From: Candidatus Sumerlaeia bacterium
Lineage (GTDB): Bacteria; Sumerlaeota; Sumerlaeia; SLMS01
Assembly (NCBI GenBank): GCA_038208905.1
Contig: JBBQYG010000072.1
Coordinates: forward strand, 1-18,180
DNA: 18,180 nucleotides
Reading direction: 5' to 3'
Shown: positions 13,953 to 18,180 of the stretch, in pieces
Position numbering within the stretch: position 1 is the stretch's first letter
Layout of the letters: the number at the start of each line of letters is the position of its first letter
The notes under the pieces: generated by a model
Database searches by the model: none
Told to the model about the DNA's origin: nothing
Seen by the model: only the letters and a program-made list of their open reading frames with translations
Translations under genes and position numbers: made by a program

Positions 13953-16898
13953 TCAATAAATAGAAATCGATTCGTCGTGGCCGCTTCCGGGAATCCGGCT
14001 GGCGGACGCCGGGGCTGACGGCGCGCTCTCCTCGCCGTCGGCGTCCACGGCGGTCACTGTATAGAAGTATATACTTTCGTCGCCCATGGAGCCGTCCGTG
14101 AACGCGGTCGCCGCAACGGGTGTGGGCGTAAGAAGCGTCCATGCGCCCGAGGCGGACGGCGCGCGCCGCAGCAGGTATCCGGCGAGGTCGAAGGCATCGA
14201 CCGGCTCCCATTCAAGCTCGATCGTGCTCCCGGTTCCCGTCGCCACGAGCCCCCTCGGCGGGACGGGAGCGAGCAGGAAATCGAGCGTCCGCGCCATAAC
14301 CTGTGTCCGCTCAGAAGGCTCGGCGATCATCTCCCACGGAAAGCCGAAGTTCGCGACGCGAAAGCCGTTCTGGTAGGTGATGCCCGCACCCTGACCGTTG
14401 CCGTACCGCAGCGCCGTCAGCGAGCCGGATACTCCCTCGATCACATCGGGAAAGGAAATCACCATCGCCCCGCCGCCGAAATCCAGCACCGGAATGCCAT
14501 CGTAAATGCCGCCCGCCACAGGCACCGCCGCCGTGGTCGCCGCCGAGGTATCGTCGGCCTGATAGTCGGCGCGCAGGAAGTCCTGATAAAAGGCGATGTC
14601 GCCCACGCCGCCGCGCTCGACCAAGTCCCAGCCGATCTCCGCGCCGGAAACGAATAGTCGCCCGCCCGCGGTCAGCCAAGGGACCACGATGGATTGCTCC
14701 GCGGTGGAGAATGTCTCGTCGTCGGTGGACTCCTCGCCGGTCTGCCACACGGCCGCGCGGTAGTCGGCAATCGGCGCGATGCCCGCGAGGAGCGCGTTGT
14801 TGTCCACCGTGTCGAAGGGCCGCCGCGCGATGCCCGCGCCGGCGAGCGCGGAGAAGGCGTGGCTCAGCACCGCCGCGTTTTCCGCCGCCGTGGTCTGGAA
14901 CTGCCATCGGTCGTTGCCATCCACGATGGCCACGCGCTGGCCCGCGCCCTGCGCCGCCGTATAGACATCGGAGGTCTTGCTGGCCGCCCCGCCGCCCATC
15001 GCGGCAACCCGGTAGGTCATGCGCGGCGCGGCGGTCTGCTCGCGATACGATACCGTGCCCATTGGTCCCGCCGCGCGCACCAGCCGAAGCGCCGCGGGGT
15101 TCATGCGGTCCTCGTTGGCGGTGGTCGTTTGGGTGGCATTGTCGAATTCGATGAAGTGCCCAGGGCCCTCGCCGATTTCCATGGTCGCCACGTAGGTCCA
15201 CCTATTGGCGCAGTTCGCCTGCGTCAGGTCGAAACGCAGCGAGTCATCGGTCCCCGCCGCGTCGAATATCCTTACCGTGACGCCGGGCGCGTTGGCGCTG
15301 GCGGCGTTGAAGGTGGTTGTATAGACATCGTAGGTTCCCGCCGCGATGCGCGGAGTAAAGCGGATGCGGTCGTTCCGCCCGTTGTCGTCCCCGGCCAGCG
15401 TGGTCGATGGGCGTGCAAAGGCGCTTCCTGCGCCGGGCGTCAGCCCAGTCGCCGTGCTGTGGGTCGCGCTGGGCGAGACAATTCCGAAGAACTCCACGTC
15501 CCCGAAGTTGCGCGAGTCCTGGAGATCGTTTCGTGTCTCGATGATGTACTGCGAAGGCACCACGACCCCCGCGTCGAAGGTCGCGCCGTCGTCGGCGCTG
15601 CGCTGGAGGAGATATTCGTCCTGGGCGCCGGGATCGCTCCAGATGGCCTCGAACCCGCCGTCGCGGGCGAAGACCCCCGCGAGCACCGGCGAAATCGGCA
15701 CGCCCCGAAGGCCCAGAACGCGGATGCAATTGTCCTGCGTCGTCCGGGTTGCCGTCTGGTCGATGCCGCTGGCATTGCTGATCAGGGAGAAGAAAATGCG
15801 CTGGCCATCGAAGGGATTGTCGATATAGCCCGACGTGGCGATGGACACGCTAAGGCTCCCCGTTTTCGCGTGGACGGCGCCGACGAGATTGGATGGCGAG
15901 CAGAGCCGACTGCCGAGGGTGCCACTGGTGCAACTGATCGAGAGCGTGGCGCCGTAGGTCGAGAACGTCTCCACCATGTAGCGCACCACATCCACAGTAT
16001 GCCGCGCGCTGAAGCGGTTGCCGCTGGAGAGGCCCGATCCATCGTTCATCACGATGCCGGTGGCGTTGAGTCCGGCGGTGCCCGCCAGCCACGCGAGAGC
16101 CTCCGCGGTGCCCGGCGCGAGGGTGTTGCTCCCCGTCCGCTGATAGGCCACGGCGCGCAGCAGGTGGTCCGCCGACGGATTGTGGCTGATCCGGTTGATG
16201 GCATAGGTGGCGCCGCGCAGGGTGCCCGGTACTCCCCATATGGTGTTTAGGTCCCCGCTTCGGTGTGTATATGCAAGGGTGCCGGGGGGCGAAAATCCCG
16301 TCTGACCGCTCGATACTCCCCCGACGGCAACACCCGCCGCCACAAGGGCATCGCGGAACGCCAGCGCCGTCTCCGCGTTCAGCGTCGCCGAGCCCGTGTT
16401 GCGGATATCATCGAACTGGCCCCGGTCGTAAAGCGACGCGCCATAGACGCGGACGGTGCCGGTGACGCTGTTGAGTCCCTGCAACCTGAGTTGCTGGGCG
16501 ATGCGGTCGAGCCCCGCGCGAGGATTTGATAGCGCGGAGGTGTTCCAGGTGATGTCGTGAAACACCACCAGGTTCACGTTCCCCGTCAGCACTCCGGCGG
16601 AGAGCGTGCCCTCCAGGTGTGCCCGCGACTCGAACTGAAACTCGGAGCCGAGAAGGCCCCATGCGGCGGCCGTGGCGAAGAGCTTGGTATTCGAGGCGGG
16701 CGCGAGTAGCAGGTCGGGATTCCGTTCCGCGTAGCGGATGGAGCCGTTGGCATTCTCCGCAAGGATCGTCCACTGATTCGCGGCAACGGTGGATGAATCA
16801 ACGACGGTGGAGATCGCCTGTTGGATCGACTGTGCCGACACGCGGCCCATCGCCAGGACGAGTAGGATGGCCATCATGACGGAAAGCTGAATTTTCAT
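13953..16898 (-). CDS. dacB: Exported D-Ala-D-Ala carboxypeptidase/endopeptidase (peptidase S13, DacB/PBP4-like) with long C-terminal extension including FN3-like domains (981 aa)
   Basis: Signal peptide MKIQLSVMMAILLVLAMGRVSA-Q; PASNTK (SxxK), SHN (SxN), DGSGLS, AKTGSL (KTG). Final FN3: PPRGLVATG...LEWEP...GYLLRR...FTD...YFYTVTAVDADGEESAPS. Confidence 0.88.
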   Translation of the reverse strand: MKIQLSVMMAILLVLAMGRVSAQSIQQAISTVVDSSTVAANQWTILAENANGSIRYAERNPDLLLAPASNTKLFATAAAWGLLGSEFQFESRAHLEGTLSAGVLTGNVNLVVFHDITWNTSALSNPRAGLDRIAQQLRLQGLNSVTGTVRVYGASLYDRGQFDDIRNTGSATLNAETALAFRDALVAAGVAVGGVSSGQTGFSPPGTLAYTHRSGDLNTIWGVPGTLRGATYAINRISHNPSADHLLRAVAYQRTGSNTLAPGTAEALAWLAGTAGLNATGIVMNDGSGLSSGNRFSARHTVDVVRYMVETFSTYGATLSISCTSGTLGSRLCSPSNLVGAVHAKTGSLSVSIATSGYIDNPFDGQRIFFSLISNASGIDQTATRTTQDNCIRVLGLRGVPISPVLAGVFARDGGFEAIWSDPGAQDEYLLQRSADDGATFDAGVVVPSQYIIETRNDLQDSRNFGDVEFFGIVSPSATHSTATGLTPGAGSAFARPSTTLAGDDNGRNDRIRFTPRIAAGTYDVYTTTFNAASANAPGVTVRIFDAAGTDDSLRFDLTQANCANRWTYVATMEIGEGPGHFIEFDNATQTTTANEDRMNPAALRLVRAAGPMGTVSYREQTAAPRMTYRVAAMGGGAASKTSDVYTAAQGAGQRVAIVDGNDRWQFQTTAAENAAVLSHAFSALAGAGIARRPFDTVDNNALLAGIAPIADYRAAVWQTGEESTDDETFSTAEQSIVVPWLTAGGRLFVSGAEIGWDLVERGGVGDIAFYQDFLRADYQADDTSAATTAAVPVAGGIYDGIPVLDFGGGAMVISFPDVIEGVSGSLTALRYGNGQGAGITYQNGFRVANFGFPWEMIAEPSERTQVMARTLDFLLAPVPPRGLVATGTGSTIELEWEPVDAFDLAGYLLRRAPSASGAWTLLTPTPVAATAFTDGSMGDESIYFYTVTAVDADGEESAPSAPASASRIPGSGHDESISIY

Positions 16899-16984
16899 TG
16901 GGCTGGGCCTGCCTCCGATTGCTGTTGAGGCCAACGGTTACACCCGCTCTGCTGGCTGGCCAAGCTCATTCGGGGGATTTCGCC

Positions 16985-18037
16985 ATGATTCAGAAGCTGC
17001 TTGCGATGTTTTGCCTGCTGGCGCTTGCCGCCACGGCGACCGCCGCTCAGGAGAGGATTGCGATGAAGATGGTCAAGCCGCCCGCCCTGAAGGCCGGCGA
17101 TACGATCGCGCTGGTGGCGCCCGCAGGCGTCGGCGATCCCAAGAAGGTGGACGCCATCGAGGCGGGTCTCGCCAAGCTCGGCCTCAAAATCAAGCGCAGC
17201 GCCAACCTGACCGAACGATATGGCTATCTGGGCGGCACCGACGAGGCCCGCGCCGCGGGCGTGATGGACGCCTGGCGGGACCCCGGGGTTCAGGGCGTGT
17301 TCTGCATCACCGGCGGCTTTGGAACCACGCGCATGCTCGACAAGCTCGACTATCGATTTATACGCGAGAATCCCAAGGTCTTCACCGGCTTCAGCGACAT
17401 CACGGGGCTGCACCTCGCGATCCAGCGCCAGGCCGGACTCGTCACGTTCCACTCCCCCACCAGCGAGTACGCTCTCTCAGCCAATGCCGAGGAGCGCCCG
17501 CTCCAGGCACGCTACCTCTGGGGGATGGTGATGCCGGGAAACGCGGGCGGCGAGCCCCTGGCCCTTCCCGATCCCGTTGTCTATACGGACGAAGGCCTCA
17601 CGACGAAGACCCTGACAATCCGCGGCGGCAAGGCGCGCGGGCAACTGACCGGCGGCAACCTGTCCCTGATTCAAGCCCTGATGGGCACGCCCTGGGAGAT
17701 CGAGACGAAGGACCGCATCCTCTTCATCGAGGACGTGGGCGAGGCGCCCTATCGCGTTGACCGGATGCTGAGCAATCTGCGCCTGGCGGGAAAGCTGGAT
17801 AGTCCGGCGGGCGTGATTTTTGGGCAGTTCTCCAAGTGCGATCCCGAGAATCCCGAGCGCAGCTTCACGGTGGACGACCTGATCGCGGAGTACTTCGCCA
17901 AGCGGCATTATCCCGTGGTCAGCCGCTTTCCCTCGGGCCACGTGATCGACAACGCGACGCTGCCATTGGGGGTCATGGCGGAACTGGACGCGGATGCGCG
18001 GACGCTGACGCTGCTGGAGAGCCCGCTGGCCCCCTAG
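16985..18037 (+). CDS. ldcA: LD-carboxypeptidase (peptidase S66, LdcA-like) with signal peptide (350 aa)
   Basis: KPPALKAGDTIALVAPAG, GGFG, GFSDITGLH (Ser), GGNLS, FIEDVGEAPYRVDRML (Glu), SGH (His). N-terminus MIQKLLAMFCLLALAATATA. Confidence 0.92.
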   Translation: MIQKLLAMFCLLALAATATAAQERIAMKMVKPPALKAGDTIALVAPAGVGDPKKVDAIEAGLAKLGLKIKRSANLTERYGYLGGTDEARAAGVMDAWRDPGVQGVFCITGGFGTTRMLDKLDYRFIRENPKVFTGFSDITGLHLAIQRQAGLVTFHSPTSEYALSANAEERPLQARYLWGMVMPGNAGGEPLALPDPVVYTDEGLTTKTLTIRGGKARGQLTGGNLSLIQALMGTPWEIETKDRILFIEDVGEAPYRVDRMLSNLRLAGKLDSPAGVIFGQFSKCDPENPERSFTVDDLIAEYFAKRHYPVVSRFPSGHVIDNATLPLGVMAELDADARTLTLLESPLAP

Positions 18038-18180
18038 CGCGCGAGGCGTTGGAATTCGGCGAGGGACTCCGACAGCCGCGCACGGACAGCCTCGGAAAAA
18101 TTCCCCGCCTCGATGCGGCGGCGCGCCTGCTCCAGAAGGTCCGCCGTCTGCTGGTCGGTGATCTCCATGAACTGGCCACA
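18034..18180 (-). CDS. 3' end of an unidentified protein (partial; continues beyond the window)
   Basis: Manual translation CGQFMEITDQQTADLLEQARRRIEAGNFSEAVRARLSESLAEFQRLAR*. Its TAG (18034-18036) overlaps the TAG of the S66 gene in a CTAG. Confidence 0.6.
   Translation of the reverse strand, partial: CGQFMEITDQQTADLLEQARRRIEAGNFSEAVRARLSESLAEFQRLAR

Overview
GC-rich bacterial chromosomal window using the standard genetic code (TAA, TAG and TGA all end intact genes). Protein style loosely suggests a PVC-related or Candidatus Sumerlaeota-like lineage, which is inference only. In order it contains: (1) the 3' end of a polyprenol-phosphate mannosyltransferase-type GT2, a small ORF and an intrinsic terminator; (2) prfB with a +1 frameshift site that has UAA instead of the usual UGA; (3) a zeta-toxin-like P-loop pseudogene with two nonsense codons, split by a 141-bp MITE (TA duplication, 24-bp TIRs) that carries a REP doublet, plus its small partner ORF; (4) a sigma-less partner-switching cluster: glycoside-hydrolase-like protein <- FHA-GAF-PP2C <-> TM-GAF-PP2C -> STAS -> RsbW-like kinase -> histidine kinase; (5) a repeat-rich spacer holding an orphan Thr/Pro-linker plus dockerin-like fragment; (6) cysS, tRNA-His(GUG) and glycerate kinase; (7) a divergent pair of exported peptidoglycan carboxypeptidases (multidomain S13/DacB-like and S66 LD-carboxypeptidase); (8) the end of a partial gene. 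The best candidates for new biology are the multi-phosphochemistry signalling cluster, the UAA frameshift and the nested MITE/REP element.
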